DNA of 63,529 bases, filler included, from Octopus bimaculoides (GCF_001194135.2; 4 parts of 4 records of this genome joined end to end with filler, not necessarily neighbours in it); one strand, 5' to 3'. Positions 12,586 through 26,734 are shown, counted from the first letter of the whole stretch. Translations and numbers: made by a program. Notes: generated from the letters alone by a model not told the origin.

Positions 12586-14185
12586 TATTTCTATAAAGGA
12601 ATGCTGTCAAATGATCTAATTCTCAACACATTACTGGTATTTATATTAGCTATTTTGAAGTCAAAAACAAAACAAAACAAAAAATATTTTGTCATGCCAT
12701 TATTCAGGACAGACATTAAAAACAGGCTATAAATAACTTGAAAATTAATGTAGATTACCAAGCAGTTGCTTCTTATGTGCTCTGGAAATCAATTCTTTAG
12801 TCTTGAACTCATTAATATTACCATTATCATGTTCATAACATTATTCTCCACAGCTTCTATTCAGAAGATATATTATTTTATTCAAGTCAAGGCCTATGGG
12901 GACTTATGTCAATGTCTGAGAAAAAAAAAAGAAAGAATTTTTAAAAAATTCAAAATTGCAAACAAAATCATTAAATTATGACAGCTGCCCAAAGATATTT
13001 ATGAAAATATATTCATTATTTGCCAATAACAATGTTCTTACCTGACAATCAATATAAGTTAATGAGTATACACTAGAGTGAGGCTTATTTATTTATTTAC
13101 ATTTTGTTTCATTCAGTGAAAATATTGATCCTAGTACCAGCTAGCAAAGAAGGCATCTTCACCTCTCTCAAAACATTGATTTTAGATTTTAATAAAAAAA
13201 AAATACATTGGCATTGATGAAGCTGAACCTTAAAAAGTAGAACATTTATTTTATTGCTGTTTAAGCTGACATTTATTTTGTTATGAATTTACTTTATCAT
13301 CAACATCATCATTGTTTTTATGTTCACATTTTCCATGTTGGCATGGGTTGTGACATTCTTTTGTAGCTGAATGGCCTTCTTGATGCCAACGTTTACTTGA
13401 TTTTCAAGTAAGGTACTCTATTCTGTTGGTCTTAACATGTTGAATTGTTTGATCTGCTGGACATGTTCTTCGAGCAAATTATAAGTAAATGTTGCAACTG
13501 TCCAAATGGTACCAATGTGAAGGCATATGGAGACATACACATACATGCATGCATACTTGCATGCATGTATATACATTCACACACATTATATGTATATACA
13601 CACAAATGCCTATGTATACACACTTCCCATCCACCAACATTTCAGGCTGTAGAAAACACTTACTCAAAGTGCTATACAGTGGGATTGAGCTCGAGATCAT
13701 GTGGTTGAAAACTTAACTTTTTTTAACCATGCATCCATGTATATGTTTTTGTTTAAAATCTAAAACCAATTTCAAAAAATTATGAATCAAATTAAAAATT
13801 TTGTGGCTGTTAAAATATATTGAACATACATAAAGATAAATATATTTTGATTGTAAGAGAAAAAGCTATTTTAACCAATTAGTATGTGTATACATACATA
13901 GATACATACATATATATATATATATATATTAATGGGGAAGGCCGGTTTATGGGATTACGCTGGGTTTCCTGTCCATAAAGGGTTTAGCTTTATCCGTCTT
14001 CCTTTTCTCTTGGACTTTCCTCTGTTTCCTGTTTCTGAAGAAGAGCCTTGCTCGAAACATAAAACACCCTTTCTTTCCTTCCCTGAGCATCTTTTAATAC
14101 TTTGCATGTACCACATCCTCGCGTTGTGTTTTTTCTTCATTTTTTGAAAATTAATTATATGTGTGTGTGTGCGTGTATGTGTGTG

Positions 14186-14285
<100 letters not shown>

Positions 14286-14607
14286 AAAAGAGAGAGATCA
14301 TAAGGTTACCCAGGGTTTTGTGTCTAAAAGTGCTTAGCTTTACTTACACTTTATAGATGCAAAACCCTGGGTTGTCTTATGAACTGGCCATAAGTATCTT
14401 TCTCTAAATACTCTTCTGTGCTTCCCTTTTGGATTTATGATTTACTGACGATATATTTATATATATAAAACTAAGTAAAATTTCAACATTGTAACAATGA
14501 GATTAACATTTGTCCATTTCTATATGATTAAACATGATGGTTGTGTTGTTCATCAAAGACATGATACAATCATTGGGTGCCAGAATGTGAATGTAGTAGA
14601 GCCCAGC

Positions 14608-14999
14608 CCAAAGTGTGTGTTGGGATTTCTAGAGGCTTGGAGACAGCAGACTTTAAAAACAATGCCTTGGTGAATGTCTATGACACTTAATAAAATGATG
14701 TGGTGGAATACCCTAACAGTTAACAAAATACAGGAAAGGGTTTGTCCAGTTTTGATCAGTAGGAGATGTTTAAATAGGGTGAACAATCTGTATCTGGTGG
14801 CTGTCTTTAGATTTAGACAGTTTCACTCCGATCATCAAGATTTCAACTAGTACATTTATACACTGATTGTCATTTGTAGTCTGGTGTTTAGGGCCATGTC
14901 ACCAAATCTTCATACTGTCATAAGTGATCAGTCAATTTACTTTTTCTTGGCTGAGTCTTTCAGTTTGACAATCGAAGGGCCTGGTCCCTTATTGTAAAA
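14608..14999 (-). mobile_element. Degenerate non-LTR reverse transcriptase fragment, copy 2
   Basis: Homologous to 10282-10668; minus-strand EDLVTW..TP and VLVEILMIGVKLSKSK. Confidence 0.45.
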
Positions 15000-15322
15000 C
15001 TACCAAGAAACTAAGGAGACTGCCTGGTAAACTTGTAAGAAACTCAGGAGACTACCTGGTAAACTTGTAAGGTGTGAGCTGAAACAGTTCCTGTTACCTG
15101 TTTTATGCAATTTTTTAATTATCAAACACTCGCTATCAAATTGTTTCTGATAATGAGAAACATGTCAGCAGTAACAAAGATTGCAATTCTCTAAACAAGT
15201 TCCTGACACTTTGAACTTTTAGACTAAATAATCTCCGGTCAGGTACTCATTCATTTAATCACGTAAGCATAACAATATACAGTTTTTAAGCCTGAACTAT
15301 TTATTAAGATTTGTCAGTTTGT

Positions 15323-15356
<34 letters not shown>

Positions 15357-16221
15357 NNNNNNNNNNNNNNNNNNNNNNNNNNNNNNNNNNNNNNNNNNNN
15401 NNNNNNNNNNNNNNNNNNNNNNNNNNNNNNNNNNNNNNNNNNNNNNNNNNNNNNNNNNNNNNNNNNNNNNNNNNNNNNNNNNNNNNNNNNNNNNNNNNNN
15501 NNNNNNNNNNNNNNNNNNNNNNNNNNNNNNNNNNNNNNNNNNNNNNNNNNNNNNNNNNNNNNNNNNNNNNNNNNNNNNNNCTAGAAGTAGACCACCATAG
15601 GTGGTCTACTTCTAGCATAATGGATGTCCACTTAGTGGTCATCCCTCTTATATATATATATATTTATATAATGTGTGTGTTTTGTTTAAATGCTACAAAA
15701 CCATTGAATTGTTTCCTGTATTCACTTGCAGAAGAAACATCGGGCATTGTTCTCTTTATGATTTGCATTTGGAATTCATTTCCTTGGGAGGAAAAGTTAA
15801 AATGTGAATAACTTGATTGTATTTTATATACAACTGGATTGTGATTGGATGTATATACTTTGTGGAGCTTATCCCAATAACTGACTCCCCACCTCTTGAA
15901 TCATATAATGATTGAGTTGGTGCTTTAAGTAAGATACTAATTTCCAAAGCTAGGGAGGATCTAACCAAATGAAATGTTAGATTTAATGATGCTGTTGATC
16001 TTACTTATAGATAGGCCAGTCCACTTTCCAAGTCAAAAGTGGCTTGGCTTGTGTTGAGTGCATTACATTATTGTGTTACATTATAGGCTACATTTTATGG
16101 AATTGGGAGAAGGTATCAAAAAAGATATCTGTGTTCGCATAAAAACAAAAGCGCTCAGAGATTTTCTTCAAATGGAAAAAAACCTAGTCTGAAGACAATA
16201 TATATATATGTTTTTAGACAC

Positions 16222-16445
16222 TAAACCCTTTAGCATTTAAACTGGCCATCTCCAGCCCAAATATTCTACCCGTTTTATGTTAAAACTGGCCAGCTACACC
16301 CTCTCACACCTGTCTTCCAGTGTCATTCTAAAACAAAAACAATTACATCATTAAACTTTCAAAGTTATGAGACAATGCATGATTAATTCAAAACAATGTA
16401 AATAAACATTACATTTGACAGAGTAATTTGAATGCTAAAGGTTAA
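16222..16445. mobile_element. piggyBac-like MITE
   Basis: taaa-CCCTTTAGCATT...AATGCTAAAGG-ttaa; same family as 1917-2151. Confidence 0.65.
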
Positions 16446-17433
16446 ACATTTTTGGACATTTTAAACTTGACTATTTGGTGAAAAACAGACAACAGTAGTT
16501 TGTTTTATCTTCATGTGGTTCTAGGTTTGATTCCATTGTACAACAGTTTCTTCTGTCATTGTCTTGGATGAGTGAATTTTTTGAACAATGGAAATTGAGC
16601 AGAAGCTTTGCTGTTTTTATGTGCCTGCATTCATGTATGTATATATGCATGTGTGCACATACATGTGCATAGATATGAGATAGTAAAAACCGACGTGTCA
16701 CACAAAAATATCCTGTAACATTTCAACCCATCTCACTTAAGTCTCATTTCACCTTGTTGACTTAACCGTGTTATCTTTCTAGAACAATAAAACAGATAAT
16801 AGGCAAAATCCACAAAAAGATGAGTAATTGGTTTGAACTCTTGAAGGTGGTGCCTCTACTCGACCAAAGTCTAATGACTAAAGCCATTTAAAAAATGCAT
16901 GTTTCTGTATTTCTTGGGTAGCAGTATATTTTCTTACTAGCATGAAATATAAATTTCTTAATTCAAAGAGATAGAACTGTTAAAGTTAAGATGCTAATAT
17001 ACATTCTTCAGATTTTGTTTTTAATCTCAGTTTTCATCTAACTCAGTATCATTTCTGGCAACTATATTCATTGATAAAATATTGAAATTTCAGAATTTCA
17101 GACAAGAAAAATCAAATACAATTATAATTCAGTTAGATAAAATAAATTTAAAAAATTATAGTTAAAAAAAAAAAAAAGTATCACTCTGACAAAAAATAAA
17201 TAAATGAATTAAGATAAATTGAACATTTTATCATCTTTGATGACAAAAATAGTGTGGTGGGTATTTTCATGCCCTGAAGTTTTCATGGTTGTGGTTTTAG
17301 ATGCTTTAGTGTCTATAGCTTTATTAGATGGAATTTCATATGTAAGAGAAACTTACCAAACTTTTGCTTTCTCTTGGTGATATAAAATCTTGCATCTCAG
17401 AGAGCTTAACTGTATGTTGCCATTGACAATATA

Positions 17434-18492
17434 TTCAGTTGGCAAGAGAATGATTTCATTTTTTGCAAATAGAGTTCTGATTTTTTTTAATGACTTTTGT
17501 CAATGTCATGATTTTTTTTACTTTTGACATTTGATAGCTATTACTTTTAGTTTACTTTAGAAGCAAATTGCATGTAATAATTTTGTTTACAGCTGTTAGT
17601 TCAGTGTCAATTTTAATATGGAGTGCAAAAACGAACATTTTCGCCATATTTTGCTTTTTTATTTCCATAAAGGCAAGAAAACTGTTGAGGCTCACAAAGA
17701 GATATGTGAAGTTTATGGTGCTGATTGCTTAAGAGAACACACATGTCAGAAATGGTTTTAAAAAATTCTGATCTGGAGATTTTTCACTCAACACAATATT
17801 TGCGATATGCATCTCAAACGCAATGAAATAGATCTTTTTTTTGAAATAAGTCATCACTGGTGATAAAAAACGGATTGTCTACAATAACATCAATTGAAAA
17901 TGATCATGGTCCAGACATAATGAACCAGCACAAACCACATCAAAAGCTGAATTGCATCAAAAAAAGGTCATGCTGTCAATTTGGTGGGATTACAAAGGTG
18001 TTGTGTATTTTGAGCTGCTTCCAAGGAACCAAACAATCAATTCAGATGTTTACTGTCAACAACTAATGAAACTAGAGGAAGCAATCAAAGAAAAACGGCC
18101 ACAATTGGCAAATCATAAAGAAATTGTGTTCTACCATGACATGCTAGGCCACAGATGTCTTTGCTAACTCGTAAAAAATTATTGGAGTTTGGTTGGGAAG
18201 TTATGTCACATCCACCATATAACCCTGACCTTGCACCATCAAATAACCATTTATTTTGAAGTTTGCAAAATTCTTCGAATGGTAAAATTTTCAATAATGA
18301 TGATGACCTGAAATTGCACTTGCTTCAGTTTTTGGCTGATAAAGACCAGAAGTTCTATGAGCACGGAAGATGGCAAAAGGTCATTGAACAAAATGGAAAA
18401 TATATATAATGATTAAAGTTCATTCTTTGTATGAAAAAAAAAAGACTTTTATTTTACAATAAAAAACAAAAATTACTTTCTTGCCAACCCAA
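17434..18492 (+). mobile_element. Mariner (DD34D) transposon, internally deleted, with pseudogenised transposase (ATG at 17618 to about 18410)
   Basis: TIRs ttcagttggcaagagaatgattt and aattactttcttgccaacccaa, TA flanks. Motifs FRHILLFYF, ITGD, KKVMLSIWWDYKGVVYFELL, HD(N)ARP, HPPYNPDLAPSN; 34 residues separate the second D from the third catalytic position, which now reads N. Confidence 0.95.
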
Positions 18493-18554
18493 TATTTTAC
18501 AAAGGATCAAATAAATGAAATTTTTTTGCACTGTGCTGGTATATATTAATTTAA

Positions 18555-18787
18555 CCCTTTGCTTGCCTGTGTATCACATATGATACACAGGCAAGCAAAG
18601 GATACACAGGACACTTTTCCCTGGAGTTCATGCATCTTATATGATACATGTTCCCAATTTTTTGTGGGACATAATGAAAGAAAAATTTATATTATTCAGA
18701 ATATATGAAACAAGGATGACTAAAAATCTGGAAACAAGTATGGGTGCTTAGGGCAAACTTATGAAAATGCTTTGGACAGGTAAAGGG
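18555..18787. mobile_element. piggyBac-like MITE with a terminal perfect hairpin
   Basis: TTAA|CCCTTT...AAAGGG|TTAA; a 21-bp perfect stem at 18556-18576/18581-18601. Confidence 0.65.
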
Positions 18788-19056
18788 TTAATGCTTAGAT
18801 ATAGATACATTGTTATGTACCTTATTTTTTTCCTCTATAGTAGTGGATCTTAATTTAAAAACAAAATAACTTGTTTCCTTGGAAAATAACTTTAGACAGA
18901 AATGTAACTTCCACCTAAATTCATTGCTCTTTTAAAAATTACGATTTATGCATTGTTGTCTCTCAAATATTTAAAATCTACAATTAAGAGCCCTATCTAC
19001 TCGCTGGCGGTACCTACCCACCCCTACCCATTTTCCTTTATTCAAAAATTCTTATC

Positions 19057-19156
19057 NNNNNNNNNNNNNNNNNNNNNNNNNNNNNNNNNNNNNNNNNNNN
19101 TTAATTAATTAANNNNNNNNNNNNNNNNNNNNNNNNNNNNNNNNNNNNNNNNNNNN
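19057..19156. other. Artificial scaffold linker (44 N + TTAATTAATTAA + 44 N)
   Basis: Exactly 100 bp; the 12-mer carries stops in all six frames; identical structure at 29244-29343 and 34572-34671. Confidence 0.93.
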
Positions 19157-19689
19157 ACACACACACACACACACACACACACAGGGCTCCGTAAGATCGA
19201 AGTGGGGTCAAAATTTAAATTACCGGGGGTTTTTTTGGGTTGTTGTTTATATCCCACTAATGGACCAAGCGTGTGTTACTTCCGCATCATCATTCCATAA
19301 AATGTGTTTATGGGGAGAAAAATATTGTAAAACATCAATGCATATGAGAGTGAAAACCAGGAAGGTGGTCTTCGATGTGCTAAAAACAACAACCAAATCT
19401 CCCTTAAATCACACACTATTTCCTCTGAAAATACATATCTCTCTACCCCCTTGGAAAATACACAGTACTGTGTATTGCAACAAACAAGCTTTGCTGCAGC
19501 CTTTCTTACTATAGATGGACACACACACACGCTCGCGCGCGCGCACAAGGATAGAGATGAAGAATTATTTATTTTACAGGACAGAACAAAGTTGATTTCT
19601 TGCTGAATTTTAAACTTAGGTAACTTTCCTTGTCTCACTGTTTCCATGGGCTTCTTTTGCATTTGACTAAATAGGCACCAGATTTAGTT

Positions 19690-20130
19690 AACTTAGACCT
19701 ACATAATAACTATAATTACATCCTCGTGCAACTTCACAATTTACTTTCATTCTTGTGAAATTGTTTTCATGAATCTTTTCTTCTATTCTATAAACGAGGT
19801 TCTACTCGAACCTACAGTATAACTATAATTTCATCCATATGTAACTTTGCAATTTCATAAATATAGAACCAATGAAGAGAGAAAGTAATACACATTTAAT
19901 TATCTCCCTTAGAAAGCTAATTTATTTCGTAAAATCCAATGAAAGAAATATAATAATGCAGGTTTAATTACCTCCTGAAGACGGTTAATTTGTTTCAGAT
20001 CTGTCTTGTGTCCAAGATGTTGGAAAATGGCGGCTAGCTCCGTTAGGAAGGCACATAGAGAGTCGGGACGACATTCATTGTCTTCGACGTGAAATTTTGC
20101 ACAAGAATTAGCCTTTAGTTTTTATATAGA
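19690..20130 (-). mobile_element. Probable 5' part of a non-autonomous Helitron
   Basis: The minus strand starts A|TCTATATAAAAACT at 20130; internal repeated motif ataactataatt(a/t)catcc near 19705 and 19820. No 3' end found. Confidence 0.4.
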
Positions 20131-20249
20131 TGCTCTAGCCAGACAGACACACACACACACACATAAAATCACACGCACACATATATATATACGTGTGCAT
20201 TTGTATGTGTATATGCATATATATATGTATATGTATATATATATATTTG

Positions 20250-20288
<39 letters not shown>

Positions 20289-20766
20289 GTGTGTGTATAT
20301 GTATATATATATATANNNNNNNNNNNNNNNNNNNNNNNNNNNNNNNNNNNNNNNNNNNNNNNNNNNNNNNNNNNNNNNNNNNNNNNNNNNNNNNNNNNNN
20401 NNNNNNNNNNNNNNNNNNNNNNNNNNNNNNNNNNNNNNNNNNNNNNNNNNNNNNNNNNNNNNNNNNNNNNNNNNNNNNNNNNNNNNNNNNNNNNNNNNNN
20501 NNNNNNNNNNNNNNNNNNNNNNNNNNNNNNNNNNNNNNNNNNNNNNNNNNNNNNNNNNNNNNNNNNNNNNNNNNNNNNNNNNNNNNNNNNNNNNNNNNNN
20601 NNNNNNNNNNNNNNNNNNNNNNNNNNNNNNNNATATATGTATATATATATATGTATATATATATATGTATATATATATATGTATATATATACATATATAC
20701 ATATGTGTGTATGTATATGTATGTGTGTAGGTGTGTGTATATAGTTTTTATTTATATATATATATG

Positions 20767-20806
<40 letters not shown>

Positions 20807-20813
20807 TGTGTGT

Positions 20814-21110
20814 GAAGGCGCATGGTTCAGTGGTTAGAGCGTCGAGCTTACGATCGTTAGGTTGTGAGTTCGAATCCCAGAGTGGGCTGTATGTTGTGTT
20901 CTTGAGCAAGACACTTTATTTCACGAGTTCACTCAGCTGTAGAAATGAGTTGCGACGTTACAGGTGCCAAGGTGCATCGGCCTTTGCCTATCCCTTGGAT
21001 AACATTGGTGGCGTGTAGAGGGGAGGCCAGTATGCATGGGCGACTGCTGGTCTTCCATAAAACAATCTTGCCCGGACTTGTGCCTGGGAGGGTAACATTC
21101 TAGGTGCAAT
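20814..21110 (+). mobile_element. tRNA-derived SINE (family C), CpG-intact copy
   Basis: ggcgcatggttcagtggttagagcgtcgagcttacgatcg...gagttcgaatccc; homologous to 248-576. Confidence 0.85.
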
Positions 21111-21436
21111 ATTTTGAATCGATTTGATTTTTATTTTATTTTATTTTTGAAAATATGGTTATGAAACACGTGTAGCCATTTTTACTATTTTAATATTTAT
21201 TATTTTGTACTTTTTTGATTTTTATTATAGGTCTTTATAGTGTATTTACTTATTAAATTTATCTATATGTGATTGTGGATTTTCATGGATGAATTAAATA
21301 ATTGTGGGTTTTTTCTCTAAATTATATATTTATATATTATATATTGTGAAATTTAATTTAATTTTGATACATTAAATTGAATTTTTTCTCTAATATTATT
21401 ATCATTATTATATATATATATATGTAAATATATATA

Positions 21437-22715
21437 CAGGGTGGGGAAGCAAAATTTTTCAATATTTTGAGGCAGGGATTGAAAGACAGTGTATGACCAA
21501 TTAGTTTATTGAAAGTCATGAGAATTTATTTGCCACAAGAAACTTTACATAATAGAAAATATTTCTATTCTGTGTGTCCTCGTTCTTTCTCAATAACTAC
21601 CTTCACACGCTTCCTAAAACTTGCAGAAATGTTCCTCAAATATTCGGGAAACAACTTCTCCCATTCTTCTTTAATAGTATCTTTAAGAAAGTTGACATTG
21701 CTGTGTGATGTTCTATTGGTAGCATGTTCTAAAATGCCCCAAATAGCATAATCCAGAGGGTTTAGATCTGGGCTAGAAGGCGGCCATAAACATGATTCCA
21801 AAAAATTGCTAAAGTTGGATTTGCAGTAATCTTGTATTTTTCTAACTGTGTGGGCTGGAGCACTATCCTGTGTCCATACATAATTACCATCTGGGTAGTT
21901 TGCTTTAAGCCATGGCAATACCTGGTATCTCAGAGTCTTCTGGTAAGTATTAACATTGATCTTTTCATCAGCTTTGTAGAATTTTATAGGCATTTTCTTT
22001 CCATCGGAAGCCACAACACCAAAAGCCATAACTTGAGCAGGATGTTTTGTTTTGAATGTCCCATCAACCTCAGCTGTCGATTTTGCGATAAATCCGTCAT
22101 TTCTGCGGTTCAGAACAGCATCGACATTGAAGATCTTTTCATCTGAAAAGATCGTTACAATGGAGGACTTTTTCTTGAACCATGTAATAATTTTCTTACA
22201 CCTTTCCTTCATAGCTGTTGTCAACAAGTGTTTTGGTGTTTTTGTGTAAGATTTTAACCTCAAATCATATTTTACTGCATTTCTAATAGTCTTGTTGTCT
22301 ACCTCAATTTCAATTGCGTTTTATTCTCATGAATTTGTTTGAATCCTTTAGGATTTTTTGGATTTGAGAGCTTTAATAAAAGCTTTGGTACGTTTTTTGT
22401 TGGTTTCTCCACTTCCAGACTTCTTCGTAATAGTTTTGCTCATAGCCATTCTATTCTTTACATTATAAACAGTCTTTATGGACACAACAACTATTCTTGA
22501 AATCTCCTTTGGTGTGACGAGTGCATTCAGCAAATCACACACTCTTTGACATTTGTTTTCCTGATTACTCACACGGGCAAAAGTTTCTGAAAAGGTAAGG
22601 ATAACAGTGTCAGGTATGATCCTGACATCAATATATGTTAGGTTTCAAAACAATTGACTTAGTGCCTGCTGAGAAAAAACAACTTAACGTTCATTGTAAA
22701 TTTTGCTTCCCCACC

Positions 22716-22718
<3 letters not shown>
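21437..22718 (-). mobile_element. Full-length maT (DD37D) Tc1/mariner-superfamily transposon with a frameshifted transposase (ORFs 22348-22572 and 21565-22263)
   Basis: Perfect TIR CAGGGTGGGGAAGCAAAATTT, TA flanks; motifs FSDEK, QDSAPAH, WPPSSPDLNPLDY with 37 residues between the second and third D. Confidence 0.95.
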
Positions 22719-22762
<44 letters not shown>

Positions 22763-22924
22763 GAGAATGAACAAGCAATGCTGGAAAACATTTGCCTATG
22801 ACTAAGAAAGGGAAAATATTTTTTTTAAGAGCCGCGGTTTGTTGGTGTTAGGAAAAGTACCCTATGTCCCATTACTTTTTCATGAAAGCCGTTTGCTCCC
22901 TAAACAGCATAGGCCATCGATAAT

Positions 22925-23130
22925 TATCCCCCTCTGCCTCAATGCCCTGTGTCCAGCTATTTTGGGGGCGTCCCCTCTTCTGCTTCCCTCCTGAGTTCCA
23001 AGTCAGGGCAAGGCGTGTTGGTTCTTTTCGGATTTTGCTGCACTGCGTCATGTATTTTACCCAGGCGAAAGGCCTTCCTCTCCCAGGTCTTGTTGCTTTT
23101 GAATTGTCATCAAATGCTTCTGTAACTTTA
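22925..23130 (-). mobile_element. RTE-clade LINE 3' coding fragment
   Basis: Minus-strand TRLALTWNSGGKQKRGRPQNSW resembles the RTE C-terminal motif RQALxWNPxGKRKRGRPxxTW. Confidence 0.7.
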
Positions 23131-23652
23131 CTTTTTTAGGTAAGGATGTCGGCCTTGCACAAACCCACAGACCCATTTTTACCTCTGGGGAAAAGAGGTC
23201 CATATTTGTCAGGCCTCCATCGTTTGATCTTTACTGTAGTGGAGTTTCCATCAGGAGCTTGTACTGTGCTGTCATAACTCTCAGGGGTCACTGAGGCCCA
23301 CAAGCCATCCTCTTGCTCAAGGACAAAAAACCCACTGCATATCGAACTCACAATCTTATGATAATGAGCCAAATACTTTAACCACTAAGCTAAGTACCGT
23401 CATACATACGTACATACATACATACATACATACATACATACATACATACATGCATGTAACACTCCGTCAGTTACGATGACAAGTGTTCTGGTCGATCTGA
23501 TCAACAGAACAGCTTGCTCGTGAAATTAACATGCAAGTGGCTGAGCACTCCACAGACAGGCATATCATTGAGAACTATCTCAAGGAGATTCAGCATGAAA
23601 CAGAAGGTGAAAAGATTACAGGTACAACTCCTTTTTGCCAGCTGAGTGTTAT

Positions 23653-23694
<42 letters not shown>

Positions 23695-23705
23695 TACTTA
23701 TACAT

Positions 23706-23761
<56 letters not shown>

Positions 23762-26734
23762 TCTTTTATTGGTTTCAGCCATGCGGCTGCGGTCAAGCTG
23801 GAGCACTACCATGATTTTCAACATTTACATATGATTCTTCATGGGCTGATTTTCTCAGGGTGCTGGGGTTTCGCATCACCACCCCTANNNNNNNNNNNNN
23901 NNNNNNNNNNNNNNNNNNNNNNNNNNNNNNNNNNNNNNNNNNNNNNNNNNNNNNNNNNNNNNNNNNNNNNNNNNNNNNNNNNNNNNNNNNNNNNNNNNNN
24001 NNNNNNNNNNNNNNNNNNNNNNNNNNNNNNNNNNNNNNNNNNNNNNNNNNNNNNNNNNNNNNNNNNNNNNNNNNNNNNNNNNNNNNNNNNNNNNNNNNNN
24101 NNNNNNNNNNNNNNNNNNNNNNNNNNNNNNNNNNNNNNNNNNNNNNNNNNNNNNNNNNNNNNNNNNNNNNNNNNNNNNNNNNNNNNNNNNNNNNNNNNNN
24201 NNNNNNNNNNNNNNNNNNNNNNNNNNNNNNNNNNNNNNNNNNNNNNNNNNNNNNNNNNNNNNNNNNNNNNNNNNNNNNNNNNNNNNNNNNNNNNNNNNNN
24301 NNNNNNNNNNNNNNNNNNNNNNNNNNNNNNNNNNNNNNNNNNNNNNNNNNNNNNNNNNNNNNNNNNNNNNNNNNNNNNNNNNNNNNNNNNNNNNNNNNNN
24401 NNNNNNNNNNNNNNNNNNNNNNNNNNNNNNNNNNNNNNNNNNNNNNNNNNNNNNNNNNNNNNNNNNNNNNNATGTATGTATGTATGTATGTATGTATATA
24501 AATATATATATATACACACAGCACATTTAAAAGTCTTTGTGAAAATTACTTCATACAGTTTTTCTAAGTTTAAAAAAGATCTTTCTAAAAGGAATTTTTC
24601 TTTTTTAAAGTTATGATTTCTTTATCAGAACGTCACTAACCATAGTGAAAGAAGTTTCTTTCTAGTGTGTGTAAGCGCTTTCGGTTATCTTTTCTAACAC
24701 GCACACACATATATGCACGCGCGCGTGTAAATATATATATATATATTTATATATATATATACACATACATGAATATATATGATGTGTGTAAATGGCTGTT
24801 TTTAATGTTAGTATATGCGATTGTGTGTATGTCTGCAAAGCTGCTGTCAATTAGATTAATAAATCTCACGAGCCACTTCACTTAATCTGAAAATTAGATG
24901 CAAAGCAACTCCACTGAGAAATGTCAGCGAGTTTATGGAACTTTGAGGAATACACAAGTATCAGAACGACCATTTAGAATCATATTTATGTTCAGTGCCA
25001 GATATGTGCTTTCCGATGTGCCAGTTATTTCTATTTGAAGAACAGACAGCGAGCAGTGTTGTATATGGGGAGTTGTTTGAAGAACAGGTCGTGAGCTGAG
25101 TGATCTATAACGCAGTATCGCAGAATATGATGTGGCATATGAAAAACAAGTATTATATACTGGTGAAGTATGCTTAAAAATGGCAGATTGGCAGACTCGT
25201 TAGAGCGTCGAATAGACGGCCTTACGGTAATCGTTCCTGTTCTCTGCTGAGTTCAAATTTTGGCGAACTCAACTTTACCTTTCATGATCAATAATTAAAG
25301 TACCAGTTAAGTTCTGGGGCTTATTGTTATCTCCCCCACTCTATCCTCTCTGTCTCATCTTCCCTAGATTATGTTTATAGATCAAAAGGTCCAGCTTCCC
25401 ATATTGTGTCCCGTCGATTTGGTCTGAAAATTACGTTAATCTTGTCTGTGGAATAGTCAACTGATTACGCGTTTATTTCAGTAGAAATTCATTTGGTTAA
25501 GCAGTCAAAAGCTCGTCGCTTAAACTGACGGAGAACCACTATATGATGCTTATTTCTTCCGAAAAATACTTCCGTTTCCAGATTGTGATGGTCATTTATT
25601 TACATATTTATTTTATCCACTTAACACTTCTGTGGTATAGGTTTGATTCGGACCTCTGCCATGCTTCAAAATCATTGCACCTAGTTACACTTGGATGGAC
25701 ACACACACACAGACACACACAAATACACACTAACACTCGTTCACATACACTTTCGCACATGCAATTATTTATACATACACTAGTTATATAATTTCTTACA
25801 TAAGGATTTTCTCAGGAGAGTGTAAGTGGATACCGTCTTGACTAGTACTTTATGTTATTGACTCCGACAAGAACAAAAGGAAATATTAACCTCGACGGGA
25901 TTTGAACTCAGAACATAATGAGCCAGAACAAATGTGAAGCTTTTTATCCGATACTCTAACATTTCTGCCAATCCACACATAAACTAGTAATATAATAGAT
26001 TTCATGAGATTTTCTGCTTTGTGAGTCGCTTCGTGATTGATCCTTCTGTCTCAGACGAATTGGTTCATATCGAATGGTCAGATTCCTCTTTTCCAAGCGA
26101 CGACCTACAGACTCATCCAATATCGCCAAGCCTAGTATTTGTAATCCTATGCGAGCAGAGTTTTGCTTCGAAGTGATATTAATACCACTTCAAAATGATA
26201 TTAATGGTTTCAAAATAAGCAATTTCGAAGTGGAATTAACAGAAAACGACTTATTAGAAAGCATAGCACAAAAACATCATAACATCATAATGGGCCTAAT
26301 AGGGCCCGTAGAGACCGCTTCTTCCAGACCTAGCAAGCAAAAAAAAAAAAAAGAAAGAAAGAAAGAAAGAAAGAAAAAGAAAAAAAATGTCAACAATGTG
26401 AACATGCTTCGTTACAGGTTTTCACCAAACAAACAACGAAGCAAAAGTTCATCACAAGGTTGTAACAGCTTCCAGGTTTCCGCGGTTAAGTAGAGGGATG
26501 GCACACGATGTTATATCTTTTTAGAATATGCAATTCTAAATGAGAACAAATCACTCCGCAGCGAAAACTTTGTTGCTTCACAGTGAAATTAACGATTTCA
26601 AAGCGAGGCTGGTGCATTTTCGAATATGTTATAAAATAACTCTTCAGAGAATAAGCGGTTAAAATCAGTATAAGTTTTGCTTAAGTGAAATGTGATCACA
26701 TTGAAATTCCTGTTGTCACTTTGAATTACAAATA

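Noticed and set aside
17357-17409. Minus-strand mini-exon candidate (KLSEMQDFISPRESKSL|gtaagt)
   Set aside because: Weak acceptor, antisense within SNX13 intron, no recognisable homology.
20015-20060. AAAATGGCGGC (YY1-like/start-codon motif) suggesting a promoter
   Set aside because: The ORF is only about 20 codons and the site lies inside a probable minus-strand Helitron 5' region.
26074-26493. 139-aa ORF and a GC-rich GGGCC…GGGCCC motif as a possible first exon or promoter
   Set aside because: No recognisable domain, the ORF runs through an A-rich tract, and there is no convincing donor.
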